Shown piece by piece: positions 44,593-55,200 of a stretch of 64,000 nucleotides of DNA (its first letter is position 1; the number at the start of each line of letters is the position of its first letter). The position numbers and the translations under genes are program-made. The DNA comes from a virus (taxonomy: Duplodnaviria; Caudoviricetes). The stretch lies in the IMG/VR virus record IMGVR_UViG_3300032312_001422, positions 160,001 through 224,000 of that record; one strand, written 5' to 3'. The notes below the pieces were generated by a model. The model ran no database searches. It worked only from the letters and a program-made list of their open reading frames with translations, and was not told where the DNA came from.

Positions 44593-46596
44593 TTAACCAA
44601 TTCTGGGAAGACCTGCATTTACTCTTAAAACATTAATTTCATCACGTAACTGTTTGATAGCTTCAATGAACAACGGAGCAAAACGCTCGTACTGTACAGT
44701 CAAGTACTGGTCGTCGATTGGAGCTCGCTTGACAATTTCGGGGGCTACTCGTTGTGTGCTTTGGGCACTGACACCCATTTCACGTTGAACTGTGTATCCT
44801 AGTGCTTGTGCAGTTTCATTGGGGTTATAGTAAAAACCCTCTAAACTGCATACCTTGGACAGAGCGTCTTCAATTCGACTCAGACGTGTTTTTAATCTGT
44901 CGTCTGAGAAGTAAGCGATAACGTTGTTGGTAGCACGAATTTCACCGGCAGTTCCTGATGCTGCTGTACCAACTCCTAAACTGTTAACTTGGAAGTTAGA
45001 GCCAGTGTGTAAGTTTTGTGGAGCACTCAAGGTAATATTTCCTGATGCTGCACTGGTAGTAATTTGGTTGGCTGTTCCTGTAACACTTGATACCAAAGTT
45101 TGACTATAAGTACCACCTAGAGCTACACTAATTCCGTTGATAACAATACCGCTGTTGATCAAAGCACCATTTGGAATGCTATTGAAGTTTGTGCCACGTA
45201 GTGTTGGACTAGAATTAATTTCAACGTTTTGATTCAGTGTCCAGGCCGCTGTGGTTGTTAGGCTACCACCTAAAGTAATTGTTCTTACACCATTGTTAAC
45301 ACCTGTACCACCGTATTGTGGTTGTACTGTGGTGGCACTCCAGGTACCAGTAGTAATATTAGCCACGCTGACCAAAGCAGATGCTGTGGTAACGTTGGGT
45401 TGGCTAGCTGTAGTCAATGTGCCTGTTAAAAGTGCTCCAGTATTGCCAATAGTACCTGCTTGTACAGTACTGGCAATAATGGTGCCATTGGACGTCAGTG
45501 CCGCTGTTGTGGTCAGAGCCGATGCTGTTAATGTGGTAAATGCTCCTGTGCTAGGTACAGCATTACCAATTGGTGTGCTGTTAATAGAACTGAAGTTGGC
45601 AGGATCGCCAATTCTGGCAATAGGACTGCCATTGAGTATGGCACTTGCAGCAGTTATGGCCACGTTGCCATTGACATTGAGTGCAGTAAGTGTACCAAGT
45701 CCAGTTACGTTAGGCTGACTGGCAGTTAATAGTGTGCCTGTGTATCCACTTGACGCACTGATACCGGCAGCACGAATAGTGGTTGCTTCTACTAGATCAG
45801 CTGTGACGTTACCGGCAATATTTCCATTGAATGAAGTTGTTGCAATAACAGTTGGCGAAGTGATAAAGTTGGTACCAGTCAATATTGTACCTGTAATTCC
45901 ACTACCGGTGATACCTGCAGATGAGTCGCGTTGAACCAAGGTACTGGCCGTAGCATTGATATCTTGGGTACTTAATACCATGGTTGGACTGGCAATGGTA
46001 CTAAAATTAATACCGGCTTTGACTGTGCTAAATCCAGCTAACGCACTAGGGAAAGTGTCTTTGCTGACGATCATATAAGGAACACCAGCAATTCTAATCT
46101 GTGTGACAATGTGACTACCGCCCAGGGTATCTGTCATCACACTTGGGAAAGCACCAGTGTCGCCTGTAATTGGTGTTGCTGCTGGACCCACTGTGACCCA
46201 GTTAGATCCAGAGTATATTTTTAACTGTTGATTGGTGCTGTCAAACCATAGGTCCCCACCTAGAGCACTTAGATCTCCGGGCGGGCTACTAAATGGAGCA
46301 CTGGTGGCACCTGTTGAAATTTTCCAGCTTGTACCAGAATACACACGTAAAATATTGTTGGTTGTGTCCCACCAAAGCTGTCCGGCTAAGGGATTGGGTG
46401 GGCCTGATGTAGCACCCGAATTTGGGCTGGCAAAATTTTCTAGTAGGTGTACTAGATTTTCGTTTAGTATTTCGCCGTAACCAGCATAGTTTTTACCAAT
46501 CAGAGTTAAACTGGTAGCACTGGTATCTACAGCGCCGTCAGAAAGACCGCCTGCGATTATTTCTGTGCCATTGGTTAAATTAATTGTGTATGCCAT
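44593..46596 (-). CDS. Tail fibre/spike protein with C-terminal intramolecular chaperone (peptidase S74)
   Basis: Shared N-terminal LIGKNYAGYGEILNENLVHLLENFA module. C-terminal FSDDRLK...GVSAQ...APEIV...IEAIKQL. Confidence 0.8.
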   Translation of the reverse strand: MAYTINLTNGTEIIAGGLSDGAVDTSATSLTLIGKNYAGYGEILNENLVHLLENFASPNSGATSGPPNPLAGQLWWDTTNNILRVYSGTSWKISTGATSAPFSSPPGDLSALGGDLWFDSTNQQLKIYSGSNWVTVGPAATPITGDTGAFPSVMTDTLGGSHIVTQIRIAGVPYMIVSKDTFPSALAGFSTVKAGINFSTIASPTMVLSTQDINATASTLVQRDSSAGITGSGITGTILTGTNFITSPTVIATTSFNGNIAGNVTADLVEATTIRAAGISASSGYTGTLLTASQPNVTGLGTLTALNVNGNVAITAASAILNGSPIARIGDPANFSSINSTPIGNAVPSTGAFTTLTASALTTTAALTSNGTIIASTVQAGTIGNTGALLTGTLTTASQPNVTTASALVSVANITTGTWSATTVQPQYGGTGVNNGVRTITLGGSLTTTAAWTLNQNVEINSSPTLRGTNFNSIPNGALINSGIVINGISVALGGTYSQTLVSSVTGTANQITTSAASGNITLSAPQNLHTGSNFQVNSLGVGTAASGTAGEIRATNNVIAYFSDDRLKTRLSRIEDALSKVCSLEGFYYNPNETAQALGYTVQREMGVSAQSTQRVAPEIVKRAPIDDQYLTVQYERFAPLFIEAIKQLRDEINVLRVNAGLPRIG

Positions 46597-46623
46597 GTTT
46601 TTTCGCTTTGATTATCTTAATAT

Positions 46624-48600
46624 TTAGTACATTTTTTGTATGTAACATAGAGCGTAATAAGGCGGACGATTTTCGTGCGGTTGTGTACTTCCGCTTGCGC
46701 CGCCTGCACTTTGAGTATTTCCACTCAAAGTCAATGAATGTGTGTGATCTATAACTGATGCAATAGTAACGCTAATTCCAGTAAATACTGTAGTCGTAGC
46801 TTCAGTACCACCAATTTTATTAACGCCAGTTCCTCCTTGTGATGCAGATAAACCTGCAACGTAAGGAAGGGTGTGAAAATGCCCGGGGTCAGTTACAGAA
46901 GTGGTATGTGTGTGCGATCCAGCTGAGCCTGTGGTTAATGAGCCAGTCAATTCATGTGTATGTATTGGCATGGTATTGGCGCTGAGTGTTACTGAAGAGG
47001 CGCCACCTGTGTCGCCTGGCGTGTATGATCCGCCGGCGCCAACAACAAACTGTCCACGTAGGTCTGGAGTTCCATTTGAACCGTTACACAGTTGCCAACC
47101 TGCAGGTATACTGGCTGCTGTGCTGTTCCACATTACAATTATACCTGTGGGCAAAACAGCATGTACAAATGCTGTAGTTGCTACGGCTGTAGTATTATCA
47201 TTGGCAGTTTTTGTTGTGGCTACTGAGGTAATCAAGTTGGCCGATGTAAATGTGTTATTAATACCTGTTACGCCCGACACATTGCCGCCAGAAACCAAAA
47301 TATTTGCACTACTAAAATTAGTTGCTTGGCCAATATTGCCACTGTATGCAGTCAGTCCCGTGGCACTTCCGCCCGTAACTAGGATATTATCTGAACTAAA
47401 GTTGGTTGCTTGTGCTGTTGTGGCTGAAAAATTAGTTAATCCAGTTGCACTACCGCCAGAGACCAAAATATTGCTTGAGCTAAAGTTTGTGCTTTGACCA
47501 TATGCAGTTGAAAAATTAGTTAATCCAGTTGCACTACCACCAGTGACACGTATATTACCACTACTAAAGTTTGTGCTTTGACCCACCAAGGTTGAAAAGT
47601 TAAGCAGTCCTGTGACTGTACCGCCAACGACTAAAACATTGCTTGAGCTAAAGTTGGTTGCTTGACCTGTTGTACTGGACAATGTTGCTATGGTGCCAAC
47701 TGCGGCTGATACGTTGGCTAAATTTTGTATGTATCCACCATATATGGCAACGTTACTACTACTAAAGTTTGTAGAGTGTGTAACTGTTGCAGAAAGATTA
47801 CCAGTCAGGTTGCCTGTCAATGTTGTAGCCACTACGTTACCAGTCAGGTTGCCGACTACGTTGCCGGTTAATGTGCCACTCAATGTTGTGGCCACTACGT
47901 TTCCGTGTACTGTGCCTTGCAGTTGTCGATTGACAATATCTACCATAACCAAACCGCCTGCACCAGAACTGGTTATAACATTGGCATTGACGGTGGGATT
48001 ATTTACATTACTACTAAATGTGATACCAGGATTAACAAAACTAAAACCCGGAATAGCCGGAGTTGGCAAGAATGCAGCATCTGTACTCATAGTGGCATAG
48101 GTCACGTTGCCATACTGTAGTTTTAAAATATTATGATATGTGCCACTGATACTGCCGTCTTCTACAGTGATTGGGACTGCACCGCTGACGCCTTGTTGTT
48201 TGGTATAGGCCGGGCCTACAATTTTAAAACCAGCAGTTCCGCTAGTATCGTACACATACATTTGCTCAGTAGATTGATTAAACCAGATGTCACCATTTTT
48301 ACCTAATGATGGTTGACTTCCTGAGTTAGTGACACCCGAAACTGCCACATAACCTTGTGGTGTGAAAACTTTTAGAATCTGTGCATTCTTATCGTACCAT
48401 AACTGTCCCTGCAAATTGACCGAACTTGGGGCTGTGTTGCTGGCAAAATTTTCTAGTAAACCCACTAGATTTTCATTCAAGTATTCTCCATATCCAACAA
48501 AATTTGGGCCAGCTAGACTTAAACTAGTAGTGGTATCCCTAGTTCCGTCGGCAATTGTGGTTAATACCGTTCCGTCTGTTTTGTTAATTTGATATGGCAT
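46624..48600 (-). CDS. Tail fibre protein with C-terminal collar (MdpB-like) domain
   Basis: Same N-terminal module. LPTGIIVMW...PAGWQLCNG...TPDLRGQFVVG...HENRPPYYALCYI. Confidence 0.8.
   Translation of the reverse strand: MPYQINKTDGTVLTTIADGTRDTTTSLSLAGPNFVGYGEYLNENLVGLLENFASNTAPSSVNLQGQLWYDKNAQILKVFTPQGYVAVSGVTNSGSQPSLGKNGDIWFNQSTEQMYVYDTSGTAGFKIVGPAYTKQQGVSGAVPITVEDGSISGTYHNILKLQYGNVTYATMSTDAAFLPTPAIPGFSFVNPGITFSSNVNNPTVNANVITSSGAGGLVMVDIVNRQLQGTVHGNVVATTLSGTLTGNVVGNLTGNVVATTLTGNLTGNLSATVTHSTNFSSSNVAIYGGYIQNLANVSAAVGTIATLSSTTGQATNFSSSNVLVVGGTVTGLLNFSTLVGQSTNFSSGNIRVTGGSATGLTNFSTAYGQSTNFSSSNILVSGGSATGLTNFSATTAQATNFSSDNILVTGGSATGLTAYSGNIGQATNFSSANILVSGGNVSGVTGINNTFTSANLITSVATTKTANDNTTAVATTAFVHAVLPTGIIVMWNSTAASIPAGWQLCNGSNGTPDLRGQFVVGAGGSYTPGDTGGASSVTLSANTMPIHTHELTGSLTTGSAGSHTHTTSVTDPGHFHTLPYVAGLSASQGGTGVNKIGGTEATTTVFTGISVTIASVIDHTHSLTLSGNTQSAGGASGSTQPHENRPPYYALCYIQKMY
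47284..47667 (-). repeat. 84 bp (28 aa) coding tandem repeat, about 4.5 units
   Basis: Units of the type GQSTNFSSxNIxVxGGSATGLTNFSxxx. Near-identical DNA 84 bp apart around 47426 and 47510. Confidence 0.85.
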
Positions 48601-48641
48601 ATTGTAATTTCTTCATTATATTAACTTATTTATCGCTAATA

Positions 48642-49988
48642 TCATCCTAATGCTGTTAGCGATCCGCTAGAAGTAAAAACATGTGTGGTTATTCCGCTGT
48701 TATAAGTAATTGCACCGCCAGTAAATGCCGCAGCGCCAAGGTATTGTACTACTACAATGCCATCACCACCACGTCCGCCTGATGTTTGACCCCCGTGCAA
48801 ACCGCCGCCCCCACCACCTCCAGTATTGGCCTGTGCGGCACCGCCATTTCCGTTGCCCCCACCACCCGGTCCGCCTGGGCCGCCTGGGCCACTGCCGTCA
48901 GGTCCTTGATTTCCGTAACCGCCACCACCTCCGCCACCTACACTAAATCCTAATAAAGTAATGCCGGGTCCACCTGCACCGCCTGCATTTCCGTTACTTT
49001 GTTGTCCTGCTCCAGCAAATCCGCCACCACCACCGCCGCCAGCTTGGCCTTCACCTTGCCATATGCCTGTGCCGCCTTCGTATCCCTGTCCTGGATATCC
49101 TGCGCCACCACCTTTGGTATAAACGTATCCACAGCCGCCGCCGCCACTGCCGCCTGATCCGGCTGTTTGTTCAGGAGTACCCCAACCACCATTACCACCA
49201 CCTAGTGCAGTGATACCGCCTTCTACAATGACAGTAGGGTAATTGATTGGTGCTCTAGTGTCCCAAACCACTGTGCCTTGTGGATTGTAAAGTGCAGCTG
49301 CAAACATGGCTGGACCACCGTAGTTTGTTGATGTGCAAACTATGGTATGTGTACCTGCCGACAAGGTCACTCGATAATCATTGTAGGATCCCCAGTCGCC
49401 ATTTGACCCAACTGCGTTGCCATCAATGCTGACATCTATAGCATTGTCGGCACTGACTCGTAAAGTATAGTCTTGACCTATCTGTAGTTGTGTGGTGTAG
49501 GTGGCTGAGACTGTACTAGGGGCAGCTCCGCTCATTCCCGGATGAGTCCATACACCATAGGTATTTAAAAATCCATTGTAAACTGGATATGTACCTGCAT
49601 ACACCGCTGGAGATACTGTATTGGTTAAAGTAATTCCACCGGTGCCAAACAGCGAAAATGTACCCGATTCATTTGCACCACCACCGGTGCCAACTTTGAT
49701 TGTGTAGTTGTTGCCAGATAATACAGATAAAGTTTGATTTTCTTTGAGTACCACGCCGCCAGCGCCACCACCACCACCACCTTCGTATCCATAACCAACT
49801 CCACCACCACCTCCGCCACCTACTACCAAAATAGTAGCAACAACGTCGCTGGGATAGAACTGTTGCCAGACTCCGTCTCGTTTAACAAAACCCTTTTGTA
49901 CGGATTTCCAAGCGCCACCATCTTTATACGACGGGGCAATTACTCGTTTCCATATACCATTGATTTTTTGAAAGATTCCTCTTGCCAT
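48642..49988 (-). CDS. Glycine-rich virion protein with an inserted beta-sandwich (lectin/PA14-like) domain
   Basis: VVGGGGGGG and GGSGGGG repeats interrupted by YTLRVSADNAIDVSIDG...GTHTIVCTSTNYGGPAMFAA. Confidence 0.55.
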   Translation of the reverse strand: MARGIFQKINGIWKRVIAPSYKDGGAWKSVQKGFVKRDGVWQQFYPSDVVATILVVGGGGGGGVGYGYEGGGGGGAGGVVLKENQTLSVLSGNNYTIKVGTGGGANESGTFSLFGTGGITLTNTVSPAVYAGTYPVYNGFLNTYGVWTHPGMSGAAPSTVSATYTTQLQIGQDYTLRVSADNAIDVSIDGNAVGSNGDWGSYNDYRVTLSAGTHTIVCTSTNYGGPAMFAAALYNPQGTVVWDTRAPINYPTVIVEGGITALGGGNGGWGTPEQTAGSGGSGGGGCGYVYTKGGGAGYPGQGYEGGTGIWQGEGQAGGGGGGGFAGAGQQSNGNAGGAGGPGITLLGFSVGGGGGGGYGNQGPDGSGPGGPGGPGGGGNGNGGAAQANTGGGGGGGLHGGQTSGGRGGDGIVVVQYLGAAAFTGGAITYNSGITTHVFTSSGSLTALG

Positions 49989-49991
49989 AGT

Positions 49992-51569
49992 TTAGCCAAT
50001 CTGGAACCAAAAATCTCCATCGTCTCCGCCGGTGGGACCACTAGTGCTCACAGTATAACGACTACCTTGCCAACGAGTTAAATTACCAGTGATTGCACCA
50101 CGAACAAATGCTGTAGTTGCAATTTTTGTACTGTTATCTGTTGATAAGGGAGTGTCTGATGTTGCGTTTCCAGAAAATGCCGGGCTAACACTATTTGCTT
50201 TACCAGATAATCCAACGGCCAAGTTTGACGCTGTTGTTGTAGCCAATGCTGTAACTACTGTATTGGTATAGTTAGTGCCAATCAAATCGGCTGCATCAAC
50301 ATAGGCCGTGGTTGCAATACGTGTACTATTGTCATTGGCTGCGGGTGTAGGAGCAGTTGCATTTCCTGTAAATGCAGGACTGTCAATGGTAGACTTAAGA
50401 ACTATGTCGCCCTCAAGACTTGCAATACGTGTGGTCTTGTTGGCCAGGTTAGAATCTATTGTTGCCACGTTGGCTTTAAATGCTGTGTCTAGAGCCGCAA
50501 CATTGGCATTGGTATCTGTGCGTAATTGATTGGTGGCAGATGTTAATACACTGACATTGGTAGTCAATGCCGTAAATGTATCACTGCGTAATTGAGCAAC
50601 ATTGGCATTGACGTTGGCTATGTTGGCCACTAAACTGGTGTTTAGTGCCAATTGAATATCATCAGTGTATGTTTTGGTTGCAATACCCAAGTTATTGGTT
50701 GGGTTAGCGGCCACTGTAATCATGCCGGTGGTGCCGTTGATTCTGAATGCACGAGTATTACCTAGAGTGGTATTGACATAAATGTCAACGTTGCCGCCAA
50801 GTACGGAATTGGTTACTACAAATGCATTGCTACTGTAGAAAACATTGGCATTGGCAATTACTAAATTGCCCACAACACCAAGGTCTGATAAAAAGTCTGT
50901 TCTTGCAGTGGTGCGTGGAAAAGCGTTGGCCCAACTGCCACCCAGTTGTAAACTGTTCATCACATTACCATGCAACATCACATTGGAGGCTAGGGTAATA
51001 CCAGGACGAATAAAACTAAACTGACTGTATGCACCAGTCTGGAATGCGGGATCGTAACTGGCTACCGCAATCAAATTGTTATTGGTGTAAGTGTTAACCA
51101 CAGTATGAGAACTCAAACTGGTATCTGTTACTGTTTCAACCAAAGATCCAGTTTTACCTTGTGTAGCAGAATATGGAGGATTTATTACAGTCCAGGCAGA
51201 TCCGTTATAAAGTTTTAACTGTTGGTCTGCGGTGTCCCACCATTGGTCACCTGTTTTAAATACTGAAGGCGCTGTTGCTCCAACAGTTCTTTCGCTAACA
51301 TTAACAAACTCCGATCCATTGTAAACACGAAGTCGTTGGTTTGTGGTATCCCACCAGAGCTGTCCAGCAATTGGGGCAAATCCTACACTTTGTCCTGGAG
51401 GCAAAGTGCTGGCAAAATTTTCCAACAATCTGATAAAATTTTCATTTTGAATTTCGCCGTAGCTGGTATAGTTGCGACCAATTAAAGTTAATCCAGTTTC
51501 AGTATTGGTGGTACCATCCAATAGTGTGGTCAGGACCGACCCATCTGTTTTGTTAACAATATAACTCAT
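49992..51569 (-). CDS. Virion fibre-like structural protein
   Basis: Same N-terminal module (LIGRNYTSYGEIQNENFIRLLENFA), coiled coil, two DNSTxIATTAxV motifs, C-terminal GGDDGDFWFQ. Confidence 0.7.
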   Translation of the reverse strand: MSYIVNKTDGSVLTTLLDGTTNTETGLTLIGRNYTSYGEIQNENFIRLLENFASTLPPGQSVGFAPIAGQLWWDTTNQRLRVYNGSEFVNVSERTVGATAPSVFKTGDQWWDTADQQLKLYNGSAWTVINPPYSATQGKTGSLVETVTDTSLSSHTVVNTYTNNNLIAVASYDPAFQTGAYSQFSFIRPGITLASNVMLHGNVMNSLQLGGSWANAFPRTTARTDFLSDLGVVGNLVIANANVFYSSNAFVVTNSVLGGNVDIYVNTTLGNTRAFRINGTTGMITVAANPTNNLGIATKTYTDDIQLALNTSLVANIANVNANVAQLRSDTFTALTTNVSVLTSATNQLRTDTNANVAALDTAFKANVATIDSNLANKTTRIASLEGDIVLKSTIDSPAFTGNATAPTPAANDNSTRIATTAYVDAADLIGTNYTNTVVTALATTTASNLAVGLSGKANSVSPAFSGNATSDTPLSTDNSTKIATTAFVRGAITGNLTRWQGSRYTVSTSGPTGGDDGDFWFQIG

Positions 51570-51573
51570 GGCA

Positions 51574-52260
51574 TTATCCTATCGAGCTAAGGTTAGTTAG
51601 AGTTTGAATACGCACAGTATAGTCTATTTGAATTAATCGATTTAGTGATTTTTGCACAGGGTGGAATACCACGTGTGTTAGCAACAGACCAGTTGAGGTT
51701 AAACCTGTAGTACCGTCTGTGCTACGACCACGCAAGCCCAATTCATCAAACACATATTCACTGTTTAAGTTTTGACTGTTGTCAAACAGGGCTTGTCCAC
51801 TAGGCTCGCCGTAGTCCAACAAACAAGTAACTAGAATATCTGTGTAAATTGTGCCGGGAATATGTGCCACAGTCATTTTGTTATTGACTGGATCTAGATT
51901 GGCAACCGCGGTATTGTCTACAATTTTACTAAATGTGGGATTGTACAGATTTGAGCTTTGTCCTAGAGTGTTTGTGGGAAGATATGTGATAATACCAGTG
52001 GTGTCAACACTTGTTCCGCCGTTGCCCAAGACCATTTCATAGATAAAATTCTGTCCTTTGTTGGCAACACTACTGGCCAATGCACGGCTAAAGTTTTCGT
52101 AGTGAATAGCGTTGGACTTGTCGATGTAAACTTCACCAGATTCTGGATCATGTATTTTGATATGCCCACGGACATAAATGCCGGATGTATCGTCTGGCTG
52201 TTTTTGTGTATTTTCCACTGCTGTTTCCTCTAAATTTTGTTTGTTATCAGTATTTATCAT
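51574..52260 (-). CDS. Conserved virion/baseplate-associated protein
   Basis: Start at ATG 52260 (ATGA overlap with the giant gene). GHIKIHDP...NAIH...FDELGL...THVVFHPVQKS. Confidence 0.6.
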   Translation of the reverse strand: MINTDNKQNLEETAVENTQKQPDDTSGIYVRGHIKIHDPESGEVYIDKSNAIHYENFSRALASSVANKGQNFIYEMVLGNGGTSVDTTGIITYLPTNTLGQSSNLYNPTFSKIVDNTAVANLDPVNNKMTVAHIPGTIYTDILVTCLLDYGEPSGQALFDNSQNLNSEYVFDELGLRGRSTDGTTGLTSTGLLLTHVVFHPVQKSLNRLIQIDYTVRIQTLTNLSSIG

Positions 52261-55200
52261 GGTGTGTATCCTGGTGATGCCATCAAGAACGAAGCTTGTG
52301 CTGTAGTACTGTTGGCAAGGGTATTTCCGTAGAACGCATTTGTAACATTTCCGTACCAAATACTACTTTGTGTTACATACGTATTGGCCAATATGGTCAC
52401 ATTACCAACACTACTTACTTGTCCTAGTACATTGGCATACATTACTGTGGTTGCAGTTGTTGTTGCATTTCCTGTAATTCTGCTGACAATAGAAATTGTG
52501 TTGGCATTGCCCGTAAAAATGTTTCCTGTGTGTGGCAATACTGCTATGTTTGATGCAGTTGTTACTGTTTCTAACAAGCGTAAATTAGCAATATTTGTCA
52601 AAATATAATCGCCAATGTTTGCAGTAATATTGCCGTTTAATCGCAGTCTCAGTGCAACGTTAGATGTTGTATTAATTGCTGTGTTTGCAACTACGCTGGT
52701 ATTGCTAATCACAATATCTGGTATAGTTTGTTGTTCGCTTGAGTCTACCACTCTGGTATTGGCAAGATGTCGTACATTATTTGTGCCTGTGTACAACAAC
52801 CGAACATTGGATTCTATACTTGCATATCCTGAGTCTATGCGTCCGGTGTATTTTACATTTGCATTTGCACTAACGTTGGCAAAACTGCTACCATACACGT
52901 TGGCACCAACATTACTAGAAACCTGATACACATTGGATCCATAAAAGAAATAGGTGTTTGGTGCCAACACAACATTAGATCTCCACGATATATCAAATCC
53001 GTAAACATTACCAGTGGTCACATAAGTGTTGCCATTGTATGTGATATATGTTCCGGTAGATAGTGTTACATTAGTGGACCAAGGTGTAGTATTTAGACTG
53101 TTAGGTGCTGTTCCATCTGTAGCACGACGTATCTGTCCCAATACATTGGCTGTATTGGCAATCAGTGCAACATTAGAATTTATTGTGGCAAATCCTGAAT
53201 TTTCATTGTTGTATATCAATGCTGTGTTGGCTGAAATATTAGCAAAATATGGTGCATTAACATTGCCAGTGACTCGATAACTGTTACCGCTGAAGTACAC
53301 ATAACTATTGGCACCAAAGGTTGTGTTTGCAGTCCAAGGAGTATTTGGTGCGTACACGTTGCCCAGGGTTAGGTAGATATTTCCATTGAATGATGTTACA
53401 GTATCTGTTGGAATAACAGCGTTGGCTGTCCATGCTGTTATTGTTTCTTGAGCGTAGTTTCTGTAGTAGCTGATTTTTTCGCCATTGACGAAAATAACGC
53501 CTGGAATACCTGCATCTCTATTTGGGTTTGGTAATCGTGTACCATCAGTTACAAATATCTTATCGTCGGTAATTAACAAATCTCTAGCCAGTGTAGTTGT
53601 GTATTCATCACTGATTCGATAGAAAGTATGCTCTTCACTCATGTTATCAAACAATCTAAATGCATAATCATTGGTTGCTGGTGCTGTATTTGAGAATACT
53701 TTTAGATTTAAACTGTCAAACATGTGTCCGGGCACCAGCTCTTCTGGAGCATGGCTGCTGAATCTATCAACATACTCGCCGCCATCTACATAAATGTTGC
53801 CAGAGTCTACACCTAAATTGTCAGCAAATCTACTTTGGATTATAGCGTCAATTTTTTCTCCACTGACTTGTGTGACATTGGCAACAATGTTGGCAAAATA
53901 GGTTGCATACACATTTCCTGTAACAATGTAAATATTTCCGCTGTGTGAAATTTGTGTGTCTGTAGCAATATTGGTATTTGCTGTCCACGCAGGAACAGTA
54001 TCATATGCAAAGTATGTGTTGCCATCGACTATGACACCAGGATAATCAATTCCCTCAGCACTGGCACTGAGATCAACGTTTCCGTTGTAGGCCACAATAC
54101 GATCATTGGCGGTTGGGAGTGCTCCAGCATCAATTGACAATACATTAGCAAGTGGGAAATCAACATTGGCACTGACAGTATGCGGAAATATTGACAGCTG
54201 ATATATCTCATTGTCAAGATTTATAACAGTATTTGCAGCTATTACCTGACCGGCAACAACTTCGTTCCACATAACTGCTGCATTGGCATTGGTTAATCCT
54301 GTGGTGGTTGAGTAAGAATTACTCCAATCTTCTATTGCAGGACTAAATTTTTTCCAATCGTAAGTGACACGATCAAATTTAATATTGGTTTTGATACTAC
54401 GAACCACGTTGTGTCCAGTGTCATTGCCGTCAAACACATTGCGTAATACGGCAGTGGCCACAGCACCTGTACCAGTGCCGTTGATAATAACTGCAGGGCT
54501 ACTGGTATATCCTGTTCCGGCACTGATAACAGTGACATTGGCAACTTGACCAAAACCATTTATTTGTGCCACAGCGTTGGCACCAGTGCCTCCACCGCCT
54601 GATATAATAATTTGTGGCGCTGTTACATACCCGGAGCCACCTGCTCCAACCACAACATCAACCACACCATAGGAGTAATTATTTTTCCAATCGTAATAAA
54701 CACGATTGTTTAATAACCCTGTGTCGTAACCTAGTTCTCCACTGGGACTACGATAAACATTGATGTTACTATCCCAATATGGTGCTAGATCAAAGTCGGT
54801 TATGTCGCCACCAAATTCGTCATCTCGCTGATAGTTAATGTTGAACTCACGCAAAATTGTGCGGTATGGTTTAACTTCGTTGATGTAACTTTGATAGAAG
54901 TCTTGATTATCGGTGATATAACTAGCAAACTGTTCAAGTTTACGAATGTATTGTGTGGCACTAATAAAGCTGGTCTTAAATACCCAATCAAGATTTTTTT
55001 GTTCCACCAAGGCATACTTAATCAAATTAAAAAATAATTCATTAAACTCTATAGCCAAGTCGTCAATGAAAATTTCATTTTTAAGACTTAATAAAATTTG
55101 TCGAAATTCTTTTCCAGGTATATGTGTTTCAATTGTGGGTATCTGAACAGTACCGGATCCTAGGCCCACGGTAACGCGATTTAAATTATTATCAATGTAA

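Noticed and set aside
47284-47667. CRISPR array
   Set aside because: The repeats are in-frame coding units without unique spacers. No cas genes or other arrays were seen in the window.
44593-51569. Diversity-generating retroelement acting on fibre tips
   Set aside because: No reverse transcriptase and no template/variable repeat pair with A-specific mismatches was seen.
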